NCBI GenBank assembly: GCA_016432325.1
Contig: CP066684.1
Coordinates: 512,001 to 576,000 of the forward strand
Reading direction: 5' to 3'
Length of the DNA stretch: 64,000 bases
Origin: Candidatus Aenigmatarchaeota archaeon
GTDB taxonomy: Archaea; Aenigmatarchaeota; Aenigmatarchaeia; PWEA01; JACQIF01
In this document: piece after piece, positions 10,046-18,470 of the stretch
How the letters are laid out: every line of letters begins with the position of its first letter
Numbering within the stretch: the stretch's first letter is position 1
Program-made: the position numbers and the translations under genes
Notes under the pieces: generated by a model
The model's input: only the letters and a program-made list of their open reading frames with translations
Database searches by the model: none
Told to the model about the DNA's origin: nothing

Positions 10046-10654
10046 TTAGTTTCGTCCAAACTTCTTCGAACGCCTAGCGTTCGAAGTTTTCGGATTGCGT
10101 CCGAAAATCTCCCAAACATCAACCATCTCGGGGTTCTTGAACAACTTTCCTGCGTGGGCCAAGCCGCCGGTTTCCAGAATCTCAAGATAGGCGCCGTCAG
10201 CGCGTGCGTCGTCTTCAACGAACACCCGTCCGTCTCTCGTCATGACGGCCAGCGGTGTCTCCAGTCTTCTTTCTATAACTGTGCTCTCCATCGAACGGGC
10301 GACTCCGGGGATGCCGGCACTGACGAAAGGAACGACTACGCCAGGACACGTGGCCAGAGGGGGCATGTTGATTTCGTAAGTTCCCTCGGCGCCTCCTATG
10401 GAAGACATCTCGGAAAAATCTCTGGTGGAGCCGTAGAAACTGAAGCGCTTCTTGCCGTCCAGCAGCGCCGCTGCCATCGACGGCACTTCCAGGTGGGCTA
10501 TCTTGTAATCCAAGTGGTAGTGGTTTCGTCTCGTTTTCCCTTCAATGACGGCGTTGAACACGGTCGATTGTCCAACGCGCCGCACGTCCCCACTCGCGGT
10601 GCGCAGTGTCCTCATAACGCCTGCAGTTGTAACAGAAAGAATATAAGCACGCAC
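10046..10654 (-). CDS. hypothetical protein
   Basis: 202-aa ORF fitting the gap between neighbours. Confidence 0.55.
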   Translation of the reverse strand: MRAYILSVTTAGVMRTLRTASGDVRRVGQSTVFNAVIEGKTRRNHYHLDYKIAHLEVPSMAAALLDGKKRFSFYGSTRDFSEMSSIGGAEGTYEINMPPLATCPGVVVPFVSAGIPGVARSMESTVIERRLETPLAVMTRDGRVFVEDDARADGAYLEILETGGLAHAGKLFKNPEMVDVWEIFGRNPKTSNARRSKKFGRN

Positions 10655-10975
10655 CTTTACGGGTGTTTAACGTGTTAGGCGCCTGTCGCTTCCTGTCTCG
10701 TCTCTTCCTGCATGCCTTGGCGCGTCTTCGCGCATTTTAAGCTCTCGTCCCTCGGTTTTGCGTGTCGCTCTGTAGAACGTGTAGATGCCAGCCGCAACGA
10801 CAATCGCTTTTTCCGGCCAAAGAGGATCGTAAGTGTCGAGGACCGTTTTGGCGTAACCGAGTTCTTCGAGCATCGCACTCCCGACTGGAAACGCCTCTAA
10901 TCTTTAAATAACTGGCGCGTCAACTCGACCACACCGAAACGGATGTTTCCGTACATACATGAAGGAGGTTTGCAG

Positions 10976-11653
10976 ATGGTATCCAAAGGTTCATTCGTCC
11001 GTATTACATACGTGGGCCGCATCAAGGAAACCGGAGAGCTGTTCGACACTACTGACGCGGAAATCGCGAAAAAGGAGGGAGTGTTCAACCCGAAGATGAA
11101 GTACGGGCCCGTTATGATAGTCGTAGGCGAAGGCAAGCTCGTGCGCGGGCTCGATGAGGTTCTGGCGGAGATGAAAGCAGGCGACGAACGCGCGCTGGAC
11201 ATCCCTCCGGAAAAGGCGTTCGGCCCCAGAAGCGCCGACCTGATGAGACTCGTGCCGCTCCAGGAGTTCAAGAAACAGGGCTTCCTGCCCCAGCAGGGGA
11301 TGCCAATAACGATGAACGGTCTGCGAGGGCGCGTGCTGAGCGTGAGCGGGGGCCGCGTGCGCGTGGACTTCAACCACCCGCTTGCCGGAAAGGCTCTGGC
11401 CTACACCGTCCGCATCGAGGAGCAGGTCGAAGACAAGCAGAGGCAGGCCCAGGGCCTGTGCGATTTCTACGCAATGGACGCCAAGGTCACCCTGGCTGGA
11501 ACAGGGGCTGAAGTCTTCCACGAACAGGAACTTTCTCCCAGAACGAAGAAGCAGCTGACAGACGAGCTCAAGAGACACGTGGGCGTTGCTGATGTGAAGT
11601 TCGTCCAGCCCGAAAAACCCAAAGAGGCTCAGGCGACAGAGAAGGCCGCCTGA
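10976..11653 (+). CDS. FKBP-type peptidyl-prolyl isomerase (SlyD-like)
   Basis: GELFDTT, PPEKAFG, VDFNHPLAGK; GGAGG RBS upstream. Confidence 0.95.
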   Translation: MVSKGSFVRITYVGRIKETGELFDTTDAEIAKKEGVFNPKMKYGPVMIVVGEGKLVRGLDEVLAEMKAGDERALDIPPEKAFGPRSADLMRLVPLQEFKKQGFLPQQGMPITMNGLRGRVLSVSGGRVRVDFNHPLAGKALAYTVRIEEQVEDKQRQAQGLCDFYAMDAKVTLAGTGAEVFHEQELSPRTKKQLTDELKRHVGVADVKFVQPEKPKEAQATEKAA

Positions 11654-11679
11654 AGCCGCGTTCATCCGCGCTCTATGAA

Positions 11680-11731
11680 TCTTGACGTCAAGAATGTCAT
11701 CAATTTCCAGCACGCTAGAAATGTTTATATA
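11680..11731 (+). promoter_or_regulatory. ftsZ promoter: 14-bp palindrome plus TATA box
   Basis: TCTTGACGTCAAGA at 11680-11693; TTTATATA at 11724-11731. Confidence 0.5.
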
Positions 11732-11836
11732 CCGGCTTCTTGAAATGTAGAGCACGCTTCTGCCGACGCCAAAGGCGCTGGGGATGCTTGACCTGCTTGA
11801 TGTCAAGCGGGTTTTGTCAATTATGGAGGTTTTGAA

Positions 11837-12937
11837 ATGGCTGTGATGGATGAAAGCGCCGCTGAAAAAAAATCGCGAAAGGCTAACCCGAAACTCGATG
11901 AGGATTTGAAGAAAATTCTTGAATCCCGCAAGGCTGTAATCAAAGTCGTAGGCGCCGGAGGCGCGGGCAACAACACGATCACCAGAATGGCTGCCGTGGG
12001 CGTCATCGGCGTGGAACTCATAGCGGTGAACACAGACGCGCAGGACCTGCTTTACACGGACGCGGACAGGAAGATACTCATCGGCCGCGAGCTGACGCGC
12101 GGACTCGGCGCCGGCGCAGACCCGAAGGTCGGGGAAGAGGCCGCCAAAGAGAGCAAGAAGGACATCAAGGAAGCTCTCGAAGGATCGGACATGGTATTCA
12201 TAACATGCGGATTAGGTGGTGGAACAGGAACCGGATCCCTTCCAGTTGTGGCAGAGGTGTCGAAGAGCATAGGAGCGTTGACAGTCGGCGTAGTGACGCT
12301 GCCTTTCACGATGGAAGGCAAGTCGCGCCGCGAGAACGCCGACACAGGCATGGACAAGCTGAAAAAGAACGTCGACACGCTGATAGTCATACCGAACGAC
12401 AAGCTCTTGGAGATCGTTCCTGACGTATCTCTGACGACCGCCTTCAAGGTCGCGGACGAAATTCTCGTCAACGCGGTCAAGGGCATAGCAGAGCTCGTCA
12501 CGAAGGCCGGTCTCGTCAACCTCGATTTCGCTGACGTGCGCGCGGTCATGGGCAACGGCGGGCTCGCCATGATAGGGCTCGGCTCGAGCGACACGGAGAA
12601 CCGCGCGATGGAGGCCGTCGAGAAAGCGCTGCACAACCCGCTGCTTGACATCGACATCGAAGGCGCCGGAGGCGCCCTGATAAACGTCATGGGCGGACCC
12701 GACATGACCATACGCGAGGCCCAGCAGATAGTCGAATACGTCTCTTCAAAACTCGATCCGGAGGCCAAGATAATCTGGGGTTCCCAGATTGAGGCGAGCA
12801 TGGGCGACGAAGTGCGGGCCATGATAGTCGTCACCGGCGTGAAGAAGAGCCAGCTGTACGGACCTATCGCGCGAGACATAACCACGCAGAGAAAGCGCGA
12901 GTTTGCCAACATGCTCGGGATAGACTTTGTGACATAG
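11837..12937 (+). CDS. ftsZ: cell division protein FtsZ
   Basis: GAGGAGNN, GLGGGTGTG, VNLDFADV. Confidence 0.98.
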   Translation: MAVMDESAAEKKSRKANPKLDEDLKKILESRKAVIKVVGAGGAGNNTITRMAAVGVIGVELIAVNTDAQDLLYTDADRKILIGRELTRGLGAGADPKVGEEAAKESKKDIKEALEGSDMVFITCGLGGGTGTGSLPVVAEVSKSIGALTVGVVTLPFTMEGKSRRENADTGMDKLKKNVDTLIVIPNDKLLEIVPDVSLTTAFKVADEILVNAVKGIAELVTKAGLVNLDFADVRAVMGNGGLAMIGLGSSDTENRAMEAVEKALHNPLLDIDIEGAGGALINVMGGPDMTIREAQQIVEYVSSKLDPEAKIIWGSQIEASMGDEVRAMIVVTGVKKSQLYGPIARDITTQRKREFANMLGIDFVT

Positions 12938-13041
12938 TCTACGAACGATTTTCGAACGGAGGTTCGAAAACTTCAAACGCCGTGCGTTTGAAGAAGTTCG
13001 TGGATTTGAAACCGAGGATTTCATAGTCCTCCCTTAGAAAA

Positions 13042-13259
13042 TCGCGCCTGACCGAAGAGGTCGGGCAAGGACCCAGTTCCAGTGTGTGGGTTCGTGTGGA
13101 TGTCCGGGAAGGCCGAACCTTCTCGGCACTCACCATTACAGGTTCTTGCGCGTTGGGAAACGCCTATACGGTTCATTCGCTGGGTCAAAGGAACCTAAAG
13201 CTCTTGCTTTAATCTTCCCTCCCGCGGTCGGGAAGCCTTTAAAACCCACTAGGCCGCGA
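13042..13259 (+). ncRNA. unassigned structured RNA with predicted pseudoknot
   Basis: Closing stems TCGCG/CGCGA and GTGGGTT/AACCCAC, several hairpins, loop CTGGGTC complementary to GACCCAG; G-U pairs and a GNRA loop favour the + strand. Confidence 0.5.
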
Positions 13260-13336
13260 CAGGGGGTTTTATATAGCTTACCTTTCAAGTTCCTTTGTTC
13301 CTTTTCTAAGGACGCAATCGCTTAGGTGGAGCTTTA

Positions 13337-13546
13337 ATGAACGAAAACAACCAAGAACAGAAGAAAGGAATCGTGGCGAAGATACGGGACTTCGGCAAGA
13401 ACGCGATGCGCGTGCTGCGCGTCTCGTCGAAGCCGTCCGGCGAAGAATACCTGGCCTCGGCGAAGATAACCGGCATAGGCCTTATTATAATAGGCGTCGT
13501 CGGCTTTATTATCTTCCTGATATTCCAGTTCCTTGGAATCTTCTGA
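13337..13546 (+). CDS. secE: protein translocase SecE/Sec61-gamma
   Basis: RVLRVSSKPSGEEY..AKITGIG plus one TM helix; ftsZ-secE-spt5 order. Confidence 0.95.
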   Translation: MNENNQEQKKGIVAKIRDFGKNAMRVLRVSSKPSGEEYLASAKITGIGLIIIGVVGFIIFLIFQFLGIF

Positions 13547-13555
13547 GGTGGAAAC

Positions 13556-14044
13556 GTGATACTGACGATACGGACGACGATAGGACGGGAGAACGTGGTG
13601 ATGTCTGAGATAGAGGAACGCGTGCGCTCCAAGGGCTACAAGGTCCGTGCTCTCTTGCATCCTGAAAAGCTTCGCGGCTACGTTATCATAGAAGGCGAGG
13701 AGGACGACATCAAGCTGGCCGTTTCAGGACTGCGCCACGTGAACGGCCTGATACAAAAGCCCGTCACGCTCGAACAAATCAAGCACTTCATAGAGGAGAA
13801 GAAGGGCGCGGCGATCGAACTGGTGCGTGGAGACATCGTTGAGATAGTCGGCGGCCCGTTCAAGCACGAGAAGGGCAAGATAACGAAGGTCGACGAGTCG
13901 AAGAACGAGGTCACGGTTGAACTTCTGGAAGCGGCGGTTCCGATACCAGTGACTATTACGGCGGATTCCGTGCGCCTGCTCGAGAAGAGCAAGGACGTCA
14001 TACAGCAGAGCCAGGAAGGCGCGCAGAAGAAGGAAGAAGAGTAG
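13556..14044 (+). CDS. spt5: transcription elongation factor Spt5 (NusG)
   Basis: NGN domain (RTTIGRE, LRGYVIIE) and KOW (GDIVEIVGGPFK). Confidence 0.96.
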   Translation: MILTIRTTIGRENVVMSEIEERVRSKGYKVRALLHPEKLRGYVIIEGEEDDIKLAVSGLRHVNGLIQKPVTLEQIKHFIEEKKGAAIELVRGDIVEIVGGPFKHEKGKITKVDESKNEVTVELLEAAVPIPVTITADSVRLLEKSKDVIQQSQEGAQKKEEE

Positions 14045-14049
14045 GCCGA

Positions 14050-14961
14050 TTAGTTCAGGAAGGACTTTTTCAATCCGATCTCCGCCCGGACTCCTGTTAT
14101 AACTTCGATGCCAGGAAGCCCGTGTCCCTTGTAGGCATTCCATAAAGCAAGCCTTTCTTGCGCCACACCGGGCAGCCACACATTCTCCAGATATTTTTCC
14201 AGTTCCGTGTCGTCGGCGAACATGAGACTCTCCTCTTTCAGAGGGGGTGGCACTTCCCCGTCGGCGGGTTTTCCAGATGCCCATTCGCGTACGTTTGTAA
14301 GGCCTGTCCAGTGGGCTCTTGCGTGTATAATATCCTGTCGAGTGCTTGGAACGCCGATGTTTTCAAATACTGCGAGAGTTTTGCCTTCTATATTCCTGTA
14401 GACGTCGTAAGGCAACCTGTGATGTGCAACGCTTTGCTCGACATTGTTCTCCATGCCCAGCTCGCATATGTAATAGCCAGCGTCTGTTAGGACGAAATCG
14501 GACGCCAGGGCAACAGCCGCCGCGTTGTTTTGCTCCGATCTCCGCGTATCCACAAATCCTATATCGGCGGCGTCGGCCCACTGGTCCAGAGTGTGCGCCG
14601 CGGCATCCATCGTAGAACTCATAATCATCCCTGTCAGGCTCCTGTGGGCGAACGGCCTCCGTGAGTAGGCCGCCTTTCCAATTTCGTGGCCTGGATACGG
14701 ACCTAAGATCGGCTTTCTGTCTATCTCAAGCAATAGCATGGTGGATAGAGTATACGCCCTCTTCACCTCTTTGGGGGTCTCGGCATCTTCGTGAGGGCAT
14801 AACGTTTTTATAGCGTCGAAGAGGTGAAGCGCTAAGCTGTCTGATGTATCTCTCAGGTCCGCATATTCGATGGGAAATCCTCTGGAAGACGAATCGAGGA
14901 GCCATTTCGCATCCTCTGTCGCCCTGATAAGCTTGAGCTTGGACGCTTTGTCGTATGGCAT
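14050..14961 (-). CDS. hypothetical protein
   Basis: 303-aa ORF; TTTAAA box upstream. Confidence 0.65.
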   Translation of the reverse strand: MPYDKASKLKLIRATEDAKWLLDSSSRGFPIEYADLRDTSDSLALHLFDAIKTLCPHEDAETPKEVKRAYTLSTMLLLEIDRKPILGPYPGHEIGKAAYSRRPFAHRSLTGMIMSSTMDAAAHTLDQWADAADIGFVDTRRSEQNNAAAVALASDFVLTDAGYYICELGMENNVEQSVAHHRLPYDVYRNIEGKTLAVFENIGVPSTRQDIIHARAHWTGLTNVREWASGKPADGEVPPPLKEESLMFADDTELEKYLENVWLPGVAQERLALWNAYKGHGLPGIEVITGVRAEIGLKKSFLN

Positions 14962-15054
14962 GCCATGGAGAAAAGGCCAAGTTTTAAATAGTTATTGCCG
15001 CAAGGGCTGTAACTATAAAACGGCGCACCGTTTTAAATAACCGTCGCGCTCGCC

Positions 15055-16083
15055 CTATCCTTTCATGTCCATCAGATAGCGCGCCGGACCCAGACTCCTC
15101 AGGCGCTCGTTTTTGGCAGAAACTTCGCGGGCCATCTGTTCGCGCTCGTTCCGAAGCTTGCGGCGCACACCATCCGTGTAGTTGCTCGCTATCTGCACCG
15201 CGTACCGCGCTCCGTTGACTATCTTATTGATCCCGACTCCTGCCATAGGATAGCCTACTGCGTCACCGTCTTCTGTGAAGTCCGTCAGCATTCTGCACAG
15301 CAGGTTGTCCTCCTGTCGCGCTGAACGCAGCGTCTCGTTGAACACGGGAACTCCTACGACAGGAATGTCCGTTTGCGCGGCCACGCGCTTCGGCAGGTCT
15401 ATCGCCTCTTCGTCCGCCAGCACCACGATGGCAGTCGCGCCTGCGTATTCGATTTCGCGCAGCGGTTCGAGCAGATTGTGCAGATCGGGAGAGGCCACCG
15501 CGAACTCTTCGGAGGAGCCCGCGCCGAGCATTCTCGTAACGTATCTCTTCGCGTCGTTGAACTGTTGTGCTGGTATCTCGGCTTCGCGCGGCGTGATTAT
15601 GCCGACGAACGAATGGGCCTTCGCTTCCACGAGTTCGTCGAGATTCCTATAGTCGCGTATCCTGTTCCGCGCGTCCACATCAGCGAGCGCCGCCATCTGC
15701 GTCGCCAGCAAAGCCGCGCTCTCGGCCTGACCTATGCCAACGGTTCCGACAGGCACGCCGTCAGGCATCTGGATTATAGAATAGAGAGAGTCCATCCCGT
15801 CGGCGGCGCGAGTCCTTACAGGAAGTCCGATGACTGGCAGGACGGTTTCAGACGCTGTCATGCCGGGCAGGTGCGCGGCGCCGCCTGCGGCGGCTATGCT
15901 TGCCCAGAAGCCGTCCTCTTCCAACGCGCGGGCCTCGCTGCCCATCGCGCGCGGCGTTCTGTGCGCCGACAGGACGCGGGCCTCGTAAGAAATCTGCAGC
16001 TTGTCCAGGACGTCGAACACGCCGCTTATGTTAGGAAGGTCCGAATCGCTGCCCATCCTCACTTCTATACGCTGGTTCATCAC
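15055..16083 (-). CDS. purE: N5-CAIR mutase PurE with a second degenerate PurE domain
   Basis: MGSDSD, SAHRTP, AGGAAHLPG, SIIQMPDGVPV; C-half repeats the fold. Confidence 0.9.
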   Translation of the reverse strand: MMNQRIEVRMGSDSDLPNISGVFDVLDKLQISYEARVLSAHRTPRAMGSEARALEEDGFWASIAAAGGAAHLPGMTASETVLPVIGLPVRTRAADGMDSLYSIIQMPDGVPVGTVGIGQAESAALLATQMAALADVDARNRIRDYRNLDELVEAKAHSFVGIITPREAEIPAQQFNDAKRYVTRMLGAGSSEEFAVASPDLHNLLEPLREIEYAGATAIVVLADEEAIDLPKRVAAQTDIPVVGVPVFNETLRSARQEDNLLCRMLTDFTEDGDAVGYPMAGVGINKIVNGARYAVQIASNYTDGVRRKLRNEREQMAREVSAKNERLRSLGPARYLMDMKG

Positions 16084-17246
16084 GCTTTCATCTCCTGCAA
16101 TCTTTTTATCCTTATCGTGGACTCCATCGCCTGTGCGCGGGCAACCACGTCTTCAAGGGGCGCGTCTTGGTTACCGAGAACGGTCAAGTGGCCCAGTTTT
16201 CTCTTGGGCGACGTGGTCTTCTTTCCATAGGTGTGCATGTGGACGCCACGGAAGAATCCAGCTTCCTTCATGTCCACTTCGTATAGTCCTGAATATCCCT
16301 GCGGGCCCAGTATGTTTACCATCACGGCCGGCCGCAGAAGTTCGGTGCTTCCGAGAGGCATCCCTGTTATTGCGCGCAGGTGCTGTTCAAACTGCGACGT
16401 CGGGCAGGCCTCTATCGTGTAGTGTCCCGAGTTGTGCACGCGCGGAGCTATCTCGTTTATCATCACTTCGCCGGCCCTGACGAACATCTCTATACCGAAC
16501 ACTCCGGCGCCTCGCAGCTCCTTCAGGGTTTTCGCGGCCAGCGCTTCCGCTTTTTGCGCGGTGGCCTTGTCCATCCTCGCCGGCACGATGGTGGTGCGAA
16601 GTATGTTGTCCTCGTGTATGTTCTCCCCGACAGGGTACGTGCGTATCTCTCCGTTCGTGCCGCGGGCCGCGATGACAGAGACTTCCTTGTCGAATTCGAT
16701 GTACTGTTCGACCATCAGCCGGCGGCCGTTGAAGTGGGCCAGAGCCGTGTCTATCTCCCTGCTGTCCTTGATCAGATAGTTTCCCCGACCGTCGTATGAA
16801 TCTGTTCGTGCCTTGAGCATCAGTGGGTATCCGAACCATTCGGCCGCGCGCACAATGCTTTCCGAACTTGCAACTTCCCTAAAGTCGGGAACAGGAAGGC
16901 CGCGGCTTTGAAGGAAAGATTTCTGCCTGAACTTGTCCTGTACTATTTGAAGGGTGTGGGAACTCGGATGAACTTTCTTGCCCATATTCTCCAGCTCGTG
17001 CAGCGTCTCGTAGCCGGCCAGCTCTATCTCGTAAGTCATCACATCAGACTGCTCGGCCAGCTCTCGAATCGCCTTGGAATCCTTGAAATCAGCGACTATC
17101 TGTTTCTTCGCGAACGGCGCGGCAGGGCATCCTTCCGTCGGGTCGAGAGTCACGAGTTCAAAAGGAAGTTTCTTGCGCACGATCTCCTCGCCCATCATCC
17201 TGCAGAGCTGTCCGCCGCCGATGACGCCGACTGTGATGGGATGCAT
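16080..17246 (-). CDS. purK: N5-CAIR synthetase PurK
   Basis: IGGGQL, YDGRGN, NEIAPRVHNSGH, RKLGH; start placed at MHPITVG. Confidence 0.95.
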   Translation of the reverse strand: MHPITVGVIGGGQLCRMMGEEIVRKKLPFELVTLDPTEGCPAAPFAKKQIVADFKDSKAIRELAEQSDVMTYEIELAGYETLHELENMGKKVHPSSHTLQIVQDKFRQKSFLQSRGLPVPDFREVASSESIVRAAEWFGYPLMLKARTDSYDGRGNYLIKDSREIDTALAHFNGRRLMVEQYIEFDKEVSVIAARGTNGEIRTYPVGENIHEDNILRTTIVPARMDKATAQKAEALAAKTLKELRGAGVFGIEMFVRAGEVMINEIAPRVHNSGHYTIEACPTSQFEQHLRAITGMPLGSTELLRPAVMVNILGPQGYSGLYEVDMKEAGFFRGVHMHTYGKKTTSPKRKLGHLTVLGNQDAPLEDVVARAQAMESTIRIKRLQEMKA

Positions 17247-17283
17247 GCTCACAGAACGCAGAAAAAAGATATATAGAAGGAAA

Positions 17284-17595
17284 TGGTAGCCCCGGGAGGA
17301 TTTTCTGTTGCGCGCATCCGTTGCCGGAAGGCGTAATTCCATGAACGCTTTCGAGCGTTTACATATTGTCTTTGGCTCGAAAGGGTTCTTCGAACCTCCG
17401 TCCACTGGTCTCTCCTCGCGTATGAAATGAACGCAATCAGAGCCAGTTATCCTTTTGTGTAACCGTTGCGGAAGCGGGCTTCCGTAAACGCTTTTGCGCG
17501 GTGCACGAAACGGCTATGCCGTTTCGGCATGCCGGAAACACGCCGTGTTTCCGTGCAACGTGCGCAGAAGGGTTTGGCCACTAGACTACGGGGCT
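17284..17595 (-). tRNA. tRNA-Gln(CUG) with three introns (D-loop ~17575-17455; anticodon 17436-17410; T-loop ~17388-17301)
   Basis: Joined exons give AGCCCCG TAGTCTAGTGGCCAAGGATA ACTGG CT-CTG-AA CCAGT GGAC GGAGG TTCGAAT CCTCC CGGGGCT A CCA. Confidence 0.9.
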
Positions 17596-17656
17596 ATCCG
17601 AATCCTTTGTCCTGCAACAAGTACTTAAAGAGAATTCTTTCGACGCGCTTCCGGCC

Positions 17657-17854
17657 TCAATAAGGATAGGGCTGACTTGGAGGGGCTTGCTCTTTCTGAT
17701 CAGGTGAAGTTGGTTGTGATGGCGTCTGGCCATCCGGAGGTTGGATCTGCGGTTCGCGCGGCCCGGCTTCGGCGGCTTGCTGGCCAACGCATCCTGAAGC
17801 GAGCAGTATCAGAAGCAAAACTATCGCGGAAAGGGTTTTTGCGTGCCGTCTCAA
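17657..17854 (-). CDS. small putative lipoprotein
   Basis: Signal peptide with LASGC lipobox, P/Q-rich tail. Confidence 0.6.
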   Translation of the reverse strand: MRRHAKTLSAIVLLLILLASGCVGQQAAEAGPREPQIQPPDGQTPSQPTSPDQKEQAPPSQPYPY

Positions 17855-17864
17855 TCAACCCGCC

Positions 17865-18077
17865 TCATCCCTTGTACCAAAGATAGGAGGCGCCTATCAG
17901 CAGCAGAACGCCCGCCGCCGCGTGCACAATATGATAGGCGCCCAAACCGATCGACTCGTGGTTCAGAGGAAACGGAGGGGTGTGATCCAGGGCGAGATAG
18001 AGGCCTGCGACTACAAGTACAACGAAAACCGCGAGCTTCCCTCCTTCAAGTCTCATGCAAATCCATTGCCGCCCCAC
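17865..18077 (-). CDS. small membrane protein
   Basis: Two TM helices with DH..P..HE and H motifs. Confidence 0.6.
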   Translation of the reverse strand: MGRQWICMRLEGGKLAVFVVLVVAGLYLALDHTPPFPLNHESIGLGAYHIVHAAAGVLLLIGASYLWYKG

Positions 18078-18173
18078 GATAAAAGGGTTTCTTATTTCCG
18101 TTAGCGCGCTTCGCTAACGTGAGCCGATGTTTCTTTTATCCGCGCCCGCGAAGTAGACGACGGGGTGAGCGTT

Positions 18174-18404
18174 ATGTCATACAAGAACGTAGAAGAGTTG
18201 CCATTGAGCATAAAGAAAGACCTCCCGGAAGACGCGCAGCAGATGTTTGTAGAGGTCTTCAACAGCGCCGAAGAAGCGTCTGGAAAGGGGAAGCACGGGA
18301 AGCCGAACTCGTCAGACGACGCGCAGAAAGCCGCGTGGGAGGCCGTGAAGAAGAGCTACAGAAGGGAGGGGGATTCGTGGGTGAAAAAAGAAGACGACGA
18401 TTAG
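18174..18404 (+). CDS. ChaB-family protein
   Basis: Y....ELP......LPEDAQQMF...FNSA, AAWEAVKKSY.....W. Confidence 0.85.
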   Translation: MSYKNVEELPLSIKKDLPEDAQQMFVEVFNSAEEASGKGKHGKPNSSDDAQKAAWEAVKKSYRREGDSWVKKEDDD

Positions 18405-18470
18405 TTTCAGTACGGGCGCGTGAGGAAATTTTGGAAGCGGCGTTGCGCGAACCGTCCTTTTTAAGCGGAC

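Noticed and set aside
12939-13325. SRP RNA, RNase P RNA, 5S rRNA or tRNA identity for the ftsZ-secE spacer, and its short ORFs
   Set aside because: No SRP helix-8 motif, RNase P CR-I/CR-V or complete cloverleaf could be found on either strand; the ORFs look spurious
3963-17595. Both three-intron tRNA genes span 312 nt
   Set aside because: Individual intron lengths differ, so the equal total is treated as coincidence
17247-17663. N-terminal extension of purK to 17405 and ORF 17466..17663
   Set aside because: They run through the tRNA-Gln gene; PurK homology starts at MHPITVG
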